Below, piece by piece: positions 11,235 through 22,944 of a stretch of 64,000 nucleotides of DNA. The stretch's first letter is position 1. Each line of letters opens with the position of its first letter. Below the pieces are notes generated by a model, which saw only the letters and a program-made list of their open reading frames with translations, searched no databases and was not told where the DNA came from. The translations under genes were made by a program, and so were the position numbers. The stretch comes from Mantamonas sphyraenae STR306 (taxonomy: Eukaryota > Protista > CRuMs): NCBI GenBank assembly GCA_026936335.1, contig JAPMXV010000007.1, forward strand, positions 62,001-126,000, written 5' to 3'.

Positions 11235-14200
11235 ATGTCCGCCGTCGACACCCTCGGCGGCGTCACGGTGGACTTTTCCGGCGACGCTGTAGCAGAGGTG
11301 GCCTTCTTTGCCGCCGCCAAGCTAGGAGGCTTTGTGGTTGTCGATGTGGAGGAGGTGGCCGCGGAGGAGGAGGAAGACGGCGTGGCCCTTCGTGTGACCA
11401 TGATCCCTCGCAGCGCCCTGGGCACCGCCGGTGTTGGTGACTCCTTTGTGCCCATAAGCTCATTTGCCGAGCTGGGCCTTCGTTCGCAAAAGGTGCGCAA
11501 GGTCAAGACGGCCAAAAAGAATAAGAAGCGCAGGGGCTTTTTCCGCCGCACTCGTGACGACGACGCCAACGAGGAACAGACACAGTCCTCCGTGGAGGCT
11601 GCCGAGGCTGCTGTGGCGGCAAACAATGCCCTGCACAGGCTCCATCTGCAGCCGCATGCCCAGAACAACAACGACGGCACGGCTTCAGGCGAAGTCCAGC
11701 GTGTTCTCAAGGCACAAGCCCAACAAAAGGTGTTTGCCCACCTGGGCCATCAGCAAAAGGCCAGCAGCGGCAGCAGCGGTTCATCGGACAGCGACGAACA
11801 GGCAGACCTCGACGCACGAGCAGGCGCAGAACTGGATGCCGCTGACGAACCGCAGCTCAGCAACGCCTTTCAAGAACGGCGCAAACATTCCCTCCGCACC
11901 TCACGCACAGCAGAAGAGCTACGCGAGCGAGCAGCAGCCCAGCAGCAAGAGGACGCAGGTGGCAGCAGCCGCGTGTTTATTGGACGCACCCCGAGCCTCA
12001 GTAGAGAGGACAGCAGCACGCTGAAGGACCTGCGCGAGAAACGCAAGCAACGACAGGCCGCACGCGAGACACAACGATCCTCCAAGGAGGTGGAAATGGT
12101 GCGCATACATCAAGCACAGGCCATGCAGCGCTCTGATCATACCCTCAATCACAACAACAACAACGAGGAGGCCGACGAACAATCCGACGGCAGCGACTCC
12201 CCTGGCTCCTGGCACGCCCTGGCCATCCAGGGCTCCGACGAAGACGCAGAAACAGAAATGGACGATGTCGAACAGGCTCTAGAGGCCAGGCGACGTCAAA
12301 GGCGCACACAGAGTGGTGACAGCGTCTCGGACAGTGCCATTGTCGGCCAATCCTACGCCCAGCCAGACTTGTACCACGAAGCAGAGCACAAATCGACAAG
12401 GCGGCGCAGGGAGCGCACCGATGAGCGAAAGAGCAGACGCAAACGTAAGCGCAAGGGAAAGGGCAAACAGAAACGGCGCACGCGAACCACCGACGACGAC
12501 GACGACGGCGAAATCGACACCCATGTCGACCATGTCGTCGTGCAGATGGACCAAAACGACGATGCAACCGATGCATTGTACCACGACGAAGCTGCGCTTG
12601 ACCTGTCCCTGCAGCAGAGCATCGAAATGTCCCTGTTTGCAGAAGGGATCTTCGAGATGGACGAAGGCGACGGAACGTCGCCCTTCGACGCTGATCACAT
12701 GGAGGAAGGCGAGGGAGTCAGCAGCAAAAGCCATGCGCAGACGTTGGTGGACGCAAGCTTCGAGAACGACGAGGATGCCGACGGGTTGGACTACTATGTG
12801 GACAATCAAGAATACCACATCAACGAGCTGCCCCTGGAGCTACTGGCTCACGTCTTCTCGTTCTTCACACCCATGGAACGCATCGTCATGCGTCGTGTCT
12901 GTACATACTGGCGCACCTGTCTGGAAGTGCCTGAGCTGTGGAGCCAGGTCGATTGCTTTCCGCCCACCCAGCTCCGTTCTGCACGGCACACTCGCCGTCT
13001 GCGCGAGTCCTTCCTGGCCAAGGAAACTGGCGTGTGGCTCGAAGCAAACACGCCCAGGCCCAGCACAAATCCCTACCTCACCCTTCGCGGCCTCACGACC
13101 ATGACCGACTCGGATGTTGCCGGAAGCGGCGGCTTTAGCGACCTCCTGCCTTCTGACAACGACTTTTTGTACATTCCTCACATCCGACACGTGCTCAAAC
13201 CAACCATTGCGGTCGAAGACGACGTTCTCCTCTCCCTGTGCGTGGCCGCGGACACAGTGCCCATCACTGCCCTCCGCCTCAACTGGATGTGCCACCGCGT
13301 CTCCGACGCAGGCCTAGTCGCTGTCACCGAATGTTGCGACCTTTCTCACTTGCAAGACATCCAACTGTACAACTGCATGAAGCTAAGTGACCAGGGCCTC
13401 GTCACCCTTCTTCAATGCTGCGGGCCAGATCTGCACACCTTCCATCTCGTCTCCCCGCCGCGCACAGTCACCCTAGGCGGCCTGAGTGCGCTGTGTGACA
13501 CTGTGTCCAGTCAATCGCTGCAGGAACTTGTCCTTCGCGACTGCGGTTCTCTCGTAACAGATGATCTCCTCACCAGCATCCTTGCTCTTGCAGGCCCCCT
13601 GCGTGTGCTCGATGTGGCCGGTGCCTCCAAGCTCAGCGACCGCTCCATTATGCTCCTTGCTGAATACTCCCAACTCACTCTCGAACGCCTCGTCATCGAC
13701 CGCACCCGACTAGGTGACTCTTCCCTACGCGCCGTTTCTGTCCTTTACCCGTGCCCCAGGCTCTCCCACCTATCGGCACGTGGATGCCGCGACACAGTCA
13801 CTGACGATGGAGTGCGTGCGTTGGCCAATGGCTGCGAGATGCTGCGCATGCTCGACTTGCACGACTGCGAAGACGTCACTGCAGACGCTCTTCTCGACGC
13901 ACTCATCGCCATGCACAATCTCAGTTACCTCGACCTAGGCGGCAATGCGCATGTCACGGATCAGGTCCTGTCAGCACTGGGTGTTCATTGTCCCTCCCTC
14001 GAGGTCCTCCTCCTCCCACACTGCATCCAGATTTCCGACGAGGGAATTGCCTCCATGGTCAGCTCCTTTGGCTGCGAGAATCTGCGTGTTCTCCAACTCG
14101 ACGGATGCATCCAACTCACAGATGACACGGTACTCGAGCTCATGGTTGGCTGCTCCCGCCTCGAGGAGCTCCACTTGAACGGCCTCACCAATGTAACCTC

Positions 14201-15113
14201 CGCCTCCCTGGGCTGGCTCTTTGGCAACACACGCGGCCTCATGGCCATTGCCAATCGCCAAGACACAGCCGACGCCGGATCATCCGCAAACGGTGCCGAC
14301 GGAGCCGTTCCCAACGCCGAGGAAGAGTTGTCCATGCTCACCGCAAGCAACATTCGTCGCCTTTGTCGCCTGCGTCATGTCCAGCTAGGCGGCTGCACAG
14401 GGTTGCTTCCTGGCCAGTTTCGCATGGAGCATAATCGCTCACGTCGTGTCAAGACTCTCAACCTGAGCCGAGTGCCTGTGCGTGCGGCAGAATTCAGTGC
14501 GCTCCTCGGTCCCTGGCTGGAGACTCTGATCATGGTCGGGTGTACCTCTCTCACCTCGGATGACATGCGCACTGTGGCCACCACATGCCCCAACCTGCGT
14601 ACACTGGACATCAGCGGATGCACAAAGATCCACGACGCTGGCATTGTCTCGGTGGCACGCAATTGCAGGGCCTTACGCCAGCTCAGTGTCAGCCAGCTGC
14701 CCATCACCAACGAGGCTGCTCGCTTCATCGGTGGCTATCTCTACTTTCTGTGGAAGCTGGACATTTCCCAAACCAAAATCAGCGACCGCGGCCTGGTGGC
14801 CATTGCCTCGGGCCTTCCGGGTCTGCGATGGCTCCACATGAAGGAGATCTCTGTGACAGACAACGCCGTGGGCATCCTCGCACAGACCTGTGTCCATCTC
14901 CAATATCTCGACCTCTCCAACAACGAGTACATCACCGACACGTCTGTACACACCATGGCCGTGTCCTTGCACGACTTGCGCGACCTTCGTCTCGTCGGCT
15001 GCGACCATGTCGAGTCCATCCGCCCCAATCTGGGCATCAAAATCAGCTGGTGGCCCGCTGTCGTCATCGGTGTTGGCCTCTTCACTGTCGTCGCCTTTGT
15101 GTGGGGCACATGA
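11235..15113 (+). CDS. F-box/leucine-rich repeat (AMN1-type LRR) protein with long disordered N-terminus and C-terminal transmembrane helix
   Basis: F-box INELPLELLAHVFSFF...RRVCTYW, many LxxLdLxxCxxIsD repeats, and terminal WWPAVVIGVGLFTVVAFVWGT. Confidence 0.88.
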   Translation: MSAVDTLGGVTVDFSGDAVAEVAFFAAAKLGGFVVVDVEEVAAEEEEDGVALRVTMIPRSALGTAGVGDSFVPISSFAELGLRSQKVRKVKTAKKNKKRRGFFRRTRDDDANEEQTQSSVEAAEAAVAANNALHRLHLQPHAQNNNDGTASGEVQRVLKAQAQQKVFAHLGHQQKASSGSSGSSDSDEQADLDARAGAELDAADEPQLSNAFQERRKHSLRTSRTAEELRERAAAQQQEDAGGSSRVFIGRTPSLSREDSSTLKDLREKRKQRQAARETQRSSKEVEMVRIHQAQAMQRSDHTLNHNNNNEEADEQSDGSDSPGSWHALAIQGSDEDAETEMDDVEQALEARRRQRRTQSGDSVSDSAIVGQSYAQPDLYHEAEHKSTRRRRERTDERKSRRKRKRKGKGKQKRRTRTTDDDDDGEIDTHVDHVVVQMDQNDDATDALYHDEAALDLSLQQSIEMSLFAEGIFEMDEGDGTSPFDADHMEEGEGVSSKSHAQTLVDASFENDEDADGLDYYVDNQEYHINELPLELLAHVFSFFTPMERIVMRRVCTYWRTCLEVPELWSQVDCFPPTQLRSARHTRRLRESFLAKETGVWLEANTPRPSTNPYLTLRGLTTMTDSDVAGSGGFSDLLPSDNDFLYIPHIRHVLKPTIAVEDDVLLSLCVAADTVPITALRLNWMCHRVSDAGLVAVTECCDLSHLQDIQLYNCMKLSDQGLVTLLQCCGPDLHTFHLVSPPRTVTLGGLSALCDTVSSQSLQELVLRDCGSLVTDDLLTSILALAGPLRVLDVAGASKLSDRSIMLLAEYSQLTLERLVIDRTRLGDSSLRAVSVLYPCPRLSHLSARGCRDTVTDDGVRALANGCEMLRMLDLHDCEDVTADALLDALIAMHNLSYLDLGGNAHVTDQVLSALGVHCPSLEVLLLPHCIQISDEGIASMVSSFGCENLRVLQLDGCIQLTDDTVLELMVGCSRLEELHLNGLTNVTSASLGWLFGNTRGLMAIANRQDTADAGSSANGADGAVPNAEEELSMLTASNIRRLCRLRHVQLGGCTGLLPGQFRMEHNRSRRVKTLNLSRVPVRAAEFSALLGPWLETLIMVGCTSLTSDDMRTVATTCPNLRTLDISGCTKIHDAGIVSVARNCRALRQLSVSQLPITNEAARFIGGYLYFLWKLDISQTKISDRGLVAIASGLPGLRWLHMKEISVTDNAVGILAQTCVHLQYLDLSNNEYITDTSVHTMAVSLHDLRDLRLVGCDHVESIRPNLGIKISWWPAVVIGVGLFTVVAFVWGT

Positions 15114-15119
15114 GTGCGC

Positions 15120-16150
15120 TCAACCCAGGCGAAACGACAGCGCCTCCTTCTCCTCTGCGGCCTTGATGAGCCCGTTCACAATGGACATCACAGTTTCTTC
15201 GTCTGTCTTGGCGTCGCCAACCATGTAGTAGCCCGTCCAGAACGGCGTCGGATGGATCGCTTTGTACGAGTCGTAGTCCAGTTTGGGCAGGTCACTTGTC
15301 CACGGCGGCCGCTCCTCGCCATCCGGCAGCAGCACGGCTGTGACCACATCACCGCTCTTCAGCACCGCCGTGTCTGCCTCCGTGCACACACGCAGCTTCG
15401 CTTGCGCACTGCTCTCCCCGCTATGGCTCTCCACCCATTGAGTGGCCTCCTCCTCCACAAGCGTCACATACAAATGGTCCAAACGGGTGGGTTTGATACT
15501 GAGCCGTGCACACACCCTTGCGCTCAGCTCAGCGTACATCATGTGAGGTTTGCGGGACAGCTTGAGCAGCCGCTGCTCGTCGCTTCCTTCCAGTGCACAA
15601 ACCACACGCACGCCTTCCACGTCGTTGCAACTGTCTGGCTGCACAACCACGAGTGAGTGACCCTTCTCTGCCTCTACCTCTGTCTCACCACATCCTGCCA
15701 CGAGCGACTTACCACTGTTCGGACGCCGCTGGTCGCCAATCGTAGTGTGGTCTCGCCCTCGAATGCATACCGTCCCTGCAGTTCGTCATCTCGTGGTGGT
15801 TCGTATCCAGCCGGAGCACGAAGGATTACATCCACGTACGTGATCTCCTCGGGTGACGGGAGGGACAGGGCGTCGAACCGCTCCTCGTCACGCAGCACCT
15901 TCCCTTCATACATGAATACCAGGTGTTCCGCTGGATGTCGGATGAACATGTTTGCATACGACACTTGATGCCTCAGTTCCGCCACCGTGGCAAACGGGAA
16001 CCCGTCCTTCTCGACCCCGCTGCTCATTTGGAATTCGCGTGCAGACGCCACGTCTCTCAACACCATCTGGATCTGCACTTGTGTCTGTTCGCCGTCACCT
16101 GCTCCTTCTTTGCCCTGTTGACTGCTCTTTCCATCCTCTGTTCTGGACAT
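15120..16150 (-). CDS. Ubiquitin-like-domain protein; exons 16150-15713 and 15638-15120
   Basis: TVAELRHQV...HLVFMYEGKVLRDE is a Ubl signature. A phase-0 GTAAGT...CAG intron joins the two ORFs. Confidence 0.65.
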
Positions 16151-16191
16151 TGTGTGTTGGATCTGCTGTCCCGGCCAGCGCCCGCGCAGCC

Positions 16192-16322
16192 ACCGTTCTT
16201 GTCGAGGGGGAATAGTATGTCTGGACAGTGATACACTGTTGAGTTCAGCCAGGCTATGACCGTACCGAAGAGCACGTTGTTACCCATGCTGCGTGGGCTT
16301 TCCACACAGCTAATTTTTGGAC
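16192..16322 (+). ncRNA. RNU4ATAC: U4atac minor-spliceosome snRNA
   Basis: 5' CCGTTCTTGTCGAGGGGG pairs, with G-U, to the conserved U6atac segment UCCCCUUGACAAGGAUGG as I recall it. K-turn stem-loop CTGGAC-AGT-GA...TGA-GTTCAG at 16221-16248, a 3' stem GCTGcGTGG...CCACaCAGC, and Sm site AATTTTTGG at 16312-16320. Total length is about 130 nt. Confidence 0.85.
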
Positions 16323-17206
16323 TCGTGCGCTCCAAGCGCTCAACACTCTCAAACACCCTTACCCCAACACCCTCTCCCATTTGATTTGACTCCCTGGTTG
16401 CTCTATGCCGCTTTTCGCATTCCGCGGTTGCTCCTGCTCTATGCCTTCCTCTCCCTGCCGCAACGCTTCCTTCTTCCTTTCTGCCATCGCCTTCCCCTCC
16501 CGTCTTTCTTCTCCATTGCCGCCCCTTCCGTGCAATGTGCCCACGCAACCTGGCAACCAACATGCAGAAACACTGTTCCTCGCCCTGTGAGAGGTACACA
16601 AGGAGCAGGTGACGTCTGCGTAGCCGGTTGCGTGGCGCGTGGCACCGCCCTCGTCCCACTTTCCGCCCTCCCAATCCAACCCGGCCTGGACAACGAATAC
16701 AACCTGTTCATTTCCCGTTTTACTCTTGCCTCCTTCTATTCCGCTGGTCTTGCTCTTGCATTGCCTGGTGCTGCTCTGCGACTGATTCCACAAAGGCGGC
16801 CTGTGCACCCACGCCATGTCCGTGTCAGCCTCCCTTCTCGTCACCCATTGTTACACTGTACCCTTCACATCTATCGAGTCTATAGGTGTAGCCTATGTGC
16901 TGCTTCAACCCCGCACGCACCCGTTCTCTTCCGTAGCAATCCCAGAACTCCTTGCTTTCCGCCTCACAGCCCAGCCCCTTGTCCAGGAAGCACTTGCGCA
17001 ACAAAGCGTCTTCCAGCTTGCATGCTTCTAACGCATGCGCCTTGGCATCTTTGTCCTGTTGCGACGAGCTGTGCCTTTGCGTCAGCCATCAACCGAACAC
17101 TTCATCGCCACATGCCTGTGAATCACTCTTTCAACGGCCTACATACACAGCACCCCCCATTGTGAGTCCTCCCCCCTGTACAGCACAACCTGTGTTTATA
17201 TCTGCG

Positions 17207-20200
17207 TCAAGCGGCGCTTGGCTCTTCCCCGCCTTCCTCTGTCTCTTCCTCCTCGTCACTGCTCTGCAGGATCGTGCTGAGCTCCAGAAAGTTGGCTCGC
17301 AGGTGCATTGCACGACGTGTGAACCCGCCAAAGCACGATTGGTCCTCAATCACAGCCTCCAGTGTGTCGACACCTTTGTGCAGCATGTCCATCAACATCA
17401 ACTGGCTCTTGTTCAAACGCCCCTTTTCTGTGGCACTGCCCTTCAGCACCAGCAATGCAGGAAGCATCCTTTGCTCCAGAGCCGCCATCTCCGACGCAAT
17501 TTCCTGCCGCAGCACCAGAAGCTCACGCGCAAACCTCGACCAATCTCTCTTTGCTTGAAAGACCACCGTGCGTTCCAGCGCAAGCTCAAACTCCTTCACC
17601 AACTGCCCATAGTCTTCAAAAAGTACGCGTGGTAGCTCCGACGCCAAGACTGCGGCGTTGAACCGTGTGCCCCGGCTCACGGTGCGCTCGAGGACACTCG
17701 ACTCCTCCTCGTCCGATGCCCCTTCGTCACCCTCCTCCTTCTGTGCCTCCTTGTCTTTGCCATCCGTGCTTGTGCTCGCCTCCAATTCGCTGTCCCCTTC
17801 TTCCTCCACCTCGGCGACATAGGCGCGATCCCGCGAGGCCAGCGTGTGCTTGATGAACGACCCCTCTCCAAGCACATACCCATGCTTCTGTTGCACTGCG
17901 CGAAACACCTCCTCCTCCAACGCAGGCATGCTCACCTGCAGTTGCATCATCGAGTACCGCGTGTTGTTTCGCAACCTCGATGGAACACGGCTGCGTAGGA
18001 TGTGGACTTCGTCGTCGTCATCGTCATCCCCAGGCCCATCTCCTCCGTTGCCGTCGTCGCTGCTCTCTTGATTGGGTGTGTCGTCCTTGGCCAGCAAACG
18101 CCGGCTCAGGTTTCGGCGTAACGACACCCGCTGCCTGCCTTCCGACTGCAGCAGCTGAAAGCGCTCCACCATGTCCAGTTTGTTCACCAGCGCATGGATG
18201 ACCTGCAGCGACAACGAAACACGTGTTTGCACGCCAGACAGCGTGTCCGAACCCTCGCTGGCTTCCAGTTTTGCAAGCCGCCCCTTGACCAGCCCCAGCA
18301 CCTCTTCAATGCCAGCCAAGGCATCCAGGACGCTGCTTGGGGGCGGCAGCACTGCCAATTGACACATCAAGTCGCTTAGTTGCTTCACCTGCTCGCTTCG
18401 CATGTTTCCGCGCGACGCCTTGGCCACGTAGCAGCTCGCGGCGACAAGATCACGCTGCCATCCGTTGCCCACCAAGCAGCTGCTGCACAGCTCCACAAAC
18501 GCGAAAAACTCCAGCGACTGCGGACGAGGGGGCAATACAAGCATGCTCGTCAGCACCATGGCAATCCCTCCCGTGCCCAGGAAGCTGCTGCATGATACAT
18601 CTCGTTCGTCCACAGGTCGCACCGCAACATGCAGATCCATGCCCTCCTCCTCCTTCTCCTCCTCCTTATCTTCTTTCTTGTCGCCACTCCCATGCTCGTC
18701 CTCTGTCTCAGATGCACTCAGTCGTCGCGCGTGCACATCCGCAAGCCCCATTGCCAGCAGATTGCCGCTCCCACTTCCAAACGAGCTGCCGAAGCTGCTG
18801 CCAAGGCTGCCTACTGACAGCGTGCTGTTCACACTGATGGAACGGCCTCCCTCGCTGCTCTCGGACGACGACGATGCCGTGCTGCGCACAGATGCCCGCC
18901 TGTCCGTCACTTTGACCACGTCGCCGCCGGTGCCGTCCATCATCGACTCCCAGTACGTGGTCAGATCTTCCGCCAGCGTGTCCAGTAGCTTAAGTCGCTG
19001 AGTGCGCAGGTTGCCCACCAGTTCACTGGTCTTGTCGTCGTCCTCCAGGCTTGACTGGTCCACCTCGATTCGCAAAGCATCCGACCTGTTCACCAGCTGC
19101 AGCAGTGCAAACTGCACCTGGATTTCGTACTCCCGCAGCACGTCCAGATCCAATTCTACGTCCATGTCCGAGTACATCGACTTGACATACGCGCCTCCGC
19201 CCTCGATCCATGCCTCAAACTGGTCCTGCCACTTGTTCATCACCTGCGCCATGCTCTGGCTGCACATGCGAAAGTATGGCTCCGAGTATTCTGCAATGAG
19301 CACGTCTATGGCCCCGGCCTCGTCTGAAGTCTCGGTGTCGCCCAGGTCAGCCCCGACGTCCATCTTGCCCATCGATGCGTCCTGAATCGAGCCGCGCTTG
19401 CGCCTGCTGTCCGAGTCGCTGCGGCTGCTTCCACTGCTCTCGCCATTGTGTCCAAGCATCCCCTTGGCCATGGAACTTGGCGACATCGTCATCTTGTCCA
19501 GCAGCCACTTGGTCGTGCTGACCTTGGGCTGTACCGCCTCACGTGGCTCCACCTGCAGGGAGTGCACATAGCAGTCCTCTTCATCCATAAACTCCAATCC
19601 CTCCAGAAGGGCCAGCACGGGTTCGATGCGCTCCACGTCGTACTGCACCGACTGGAATCGCTCCACGTCCGCCAACACGCCAGCCATGATCTCTAGCTTC
19701 TCAAAGTTGATGAGCTCGCCGGCCACACGTGACGAGTTCACCTCGTGGATGATCGTCAGATTCGACAAAATGATACCCAAGTACGGCACACAGGGAAGGG
19801 TGCACTCGCGCAGCCGCGCGTGGTATAACTTGTAGCGACCTGCAGATGAGTACAGCTTGCGCATCGAGTCCAGAATACCTTTGAACCGTGTGCGGTTGAC
19901 CAGTTTCCAGGTGCGGTTCAAACGATGCACAGCCGTGCAGCCCAGGCCGGCCAGAATTTGCATGGCGCTGCTAAAGTTGTTCAGCTGCGTGCAGTGCTCT
20001 GCCACACGAATATACATCTTGAGCAGTTGGGCACGCCTCTTTGTGTCTTGTTCCGTCACGAGCGTCGTGGCCACCCACAATGCAACCTGGTTGAAGCGAT
20101 CCACAACAGCGGGGACGTTGGGACACCGTTCAGGCAGCTTCTTCCAGTTGCAGTTGACCAACTCATGTGGACGGATGCGCCTGAACAATTCCATCTCTAG

Positions 20201-22759
20201 CAGGCACATTTGCTGCGCCACCACCTCTGCGTCCAGATCGAGAAAGTCGAAATCGTCCCCCTGTTCTGCCGACGAGAGGGCGGCATGCGAGGACATCAGC
20301 GGCGTCGGCTGCTGTGTGCCCAGGTGCACGTGCGTCAATGTAAACTGCAGCTGCATGCGCAGGCTCTCCGGCAATCCTGGTTGGAACTCGGCCAAGTCGT
20401 TGTCCACAAATTCGTCCCACTGCTCTGTGAAGGACGAGTGCGTGCTAAACACAGACGGGTCGTGCACCATCCACTGCTTGAGCACCTGCACGACGCGTTG
20501 GCGCACCACCTGCCGAACATCACGCTCGAAATTCGACTGGCTTCCCACACCGCTGTACTCGATGTGGAAGCGCTTGCGCAACAGGGCGAGAAGTTCCTCG
20601 GGTTCCAAGAAAGCGTGGTATGTGCGCAAGAACACCTTGTTGAACTGCGTGTCCGGATACTTGTGGTACGTGAGTCGCTCGACAAGCCTTTTCACGGTTC
20701 CAGCCTTGACACGCGGCACCACGCTGTCGCTCGAGCCCAGACGCGATCCCCCGCTGCCACTGCGTTTGCTCAGCTCCTCGTGGTCGTCATCACTGTCCCT
20801 CGAGCCGCGTGCCTCTGTTGATCCCGGGGATCCCTTTGGCGAGCTGCTGCTACTGCTGCTGCTGCTGCCACTGCTGCTGCTGCTGCTTTCCACGTCCACA
20901 CTCTCCAAGATGAGCGTGGTCATGATCTCCTCCGAGTCGTCGTCACGTTCGTCGTCGCCGTCGGCGCCCTGCGTTGTTTTGTCCTTTTCGTCGTCCCGGT
21001 CGGTACTCTGTGCGTCTGACTGCTTCTGATCCGACTCTTCATCACCATCGGCAGGTTGTGGAGTGCGCCACGGCGTGCGCATGCGATGTAGTCTTAAATA
21101 CGTGCGCAGGGTCTCACGAAACACCTCTGTGACGTGTCGTTGCTGCATGGGACTGCACTCAAAGTAGCCGCAGTTCATCTGCTCCGCTTTGCTCTGGGCA
21201 AGTTGCAAGGACACAGCTCGTTCCATACGCTGTCCTCGCACAGCCAGATCCAACCTGTTGGCCAGCAACACCACAGGCGTTGGTTGTCCGCGACGCACGA
21301 CACGTAGCAGGTCGTGCAGGCGATGGATGCGCTCCAGTGTGTCTGGCTTGAGTGCGTTGAACACAAGCAGGAATGCGTCTGCCCGCTTGCGCACAATCTG
21401 CCCTGCGAGGGACTCGTCGTCGTCGTTGGTGCTGAGATCCTCCCACGCCACTCCCAGTTTCTCTCCGTCGATGATATTGAGTTGGTACTGCTGGCCATCC
21501 ATGGTGGCAAACTTGCGATACATGCCCGACAAGTCCTCTGCGGCCTCCACCTGTTCCTCCTCCTGCTCCACAAACTGGTGGATCAGCGGTTGCAGAGCCG
21601 ACTCGAATCCGAGCACCAGCTGTGGCACATGGCAGCGTGTGTGGGTGTGGTGTGTGGGTGGGTTTGTGTGGGTGTGTGTGTTTGCGTGTGTGTGTTTGCG
21701 TGTGTTGGGATGGTGTCAGCATGTGCGCACGGCGCTTTCGTCGTCTTCCGTGTCGCGAGAGGCCAGAACCTACAATGTTGACCCGCGACGCCTCTTTCGC
21801 CGAGGCCTGCCTGCGTGACAGTGTTTTCAACCGTGTCGTAGACGATGCTGCGCGGCTGCGATAGAAACCGCTGGTTTGGAGGACTGTGTGCGAGCGGGAG
21901 CGGTCCCAGGGAACGTCGGGCGGCCAGGAGGGAAGGAAGTGTCAGGGGATGGCGTGTGCGTTTCCGCAAAAAAACCAACAGGCAAGGTGCACGTCAACGT
22001 ACCGCGCTGCTTCATGTCGTCGTTGGCACGACCCATAAGCACGTTTGAAGCGCTGGAGTTCACGCCCGAGCTTCGTCCGGGACCTTTGGTCTGCTGCTCA
22101 GTCAATCTGCTTGCCAGAAAAGTGGCCACCTCGCTTTGGTCGACAATCACGCCCGAGCGCGGCCTGCGTCCACTGGCCATGCGTCCTACACTCCGTGATG
22201 ACTCTGATTCCTCGTCTGTGTTGCTCACCCGCAGGCTATCACTGTCCTCACTGCTCAAGGACGAGTCAACCAGCTGCTTGCCATTTCCTGCTCGGTTGCT
22301 CCTGCTGCTGCTGCTGCCCTGGGTTCCTTCGTCGTCACTGTGTGCGCAGTCGTCGTCGTCATCGTCACTTGTAATCACCACCTTGCGACTGGCCGCCGAC
22401 GAGCTCGGTGTGCGTCCACTGGCTCCGTGCACGAGCCTGGCAACAAGATCGTCTTCGTCAAAATCGTCGTACGTTTGCAACTGCGCGTCGTGGTCGACCA
22501 ACGAGCGCCAGTCTGGCACTGCCGACTCCAATGTTTCATACAATAGCTCCAGTGCATCCGACTTGGCCATGTCGCCCAACTTTTTCCATTCCTGCCATCG
22601 GTTGCGCGCCGTCTTTTTCAGCAAACTTGGCTGCGGCGTGTTACACGGCCCCAATGTCGCCTGCTGATACAGGCCATGTAACCTATTCCGTGTTTGTTTG
22701 TCGCATTGCGCATTGAGCCCACGCGACGAAATGAGCTCCTCCGCAACACGCACGTCCAT
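17207..22759 (-). CDS. Multidomain RasGEF: acyl-CoA-binding (ACBP) domain, degenerate Ras-like domain, REM, CDC25 GEF domain and helical C-terminus; exons 22759-22003, 21883-21774, 21619-17207
   Basis: ACBP: LHGLYQQATLGPCNTPQPS...WQEWKKLGDM. Ras-like: ADAFLLVF...PVVLLANRLD...YFECS. REM: VKAGTVKRLVERLT...FLRTYHAF. CDC25: LNNFSSAMQILAGL...PCVPYLG...INFEK. Introns are phase-compatible GT-AG. Confidence 0.82.
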
Positions 22760-22821
22760 TCCCTTGGGTTTGCAGGCGCTGCACCACACACGATGCGTAG
22801 ACGCGCGAGAACATCCTGGCA

Positions 22822-22872
22822 CATCGACACATCACACACACACACACACACACACACATCCACATGCACATC

Positions 22873-22905
<33 letters not shown>
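22822..22905. repeat. (CA)n microsatellite
   Basis: Interrupted CA dinucleotide runs. Confidence 0.9.
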
Positions 22906-22907
<2 letters not shown>

Positions 22908-22944
22908 GCTTTTGGACAAACCACGGCAACCGCGTTCATTTCCA

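Noticed and set aside
16317-17165. 282-aa ORF as a membrane protein
   Set aside because: Non-ATG start, overlaps the snRNA 3' end, and its composition reflects the C/T-rich DNA; no motif.
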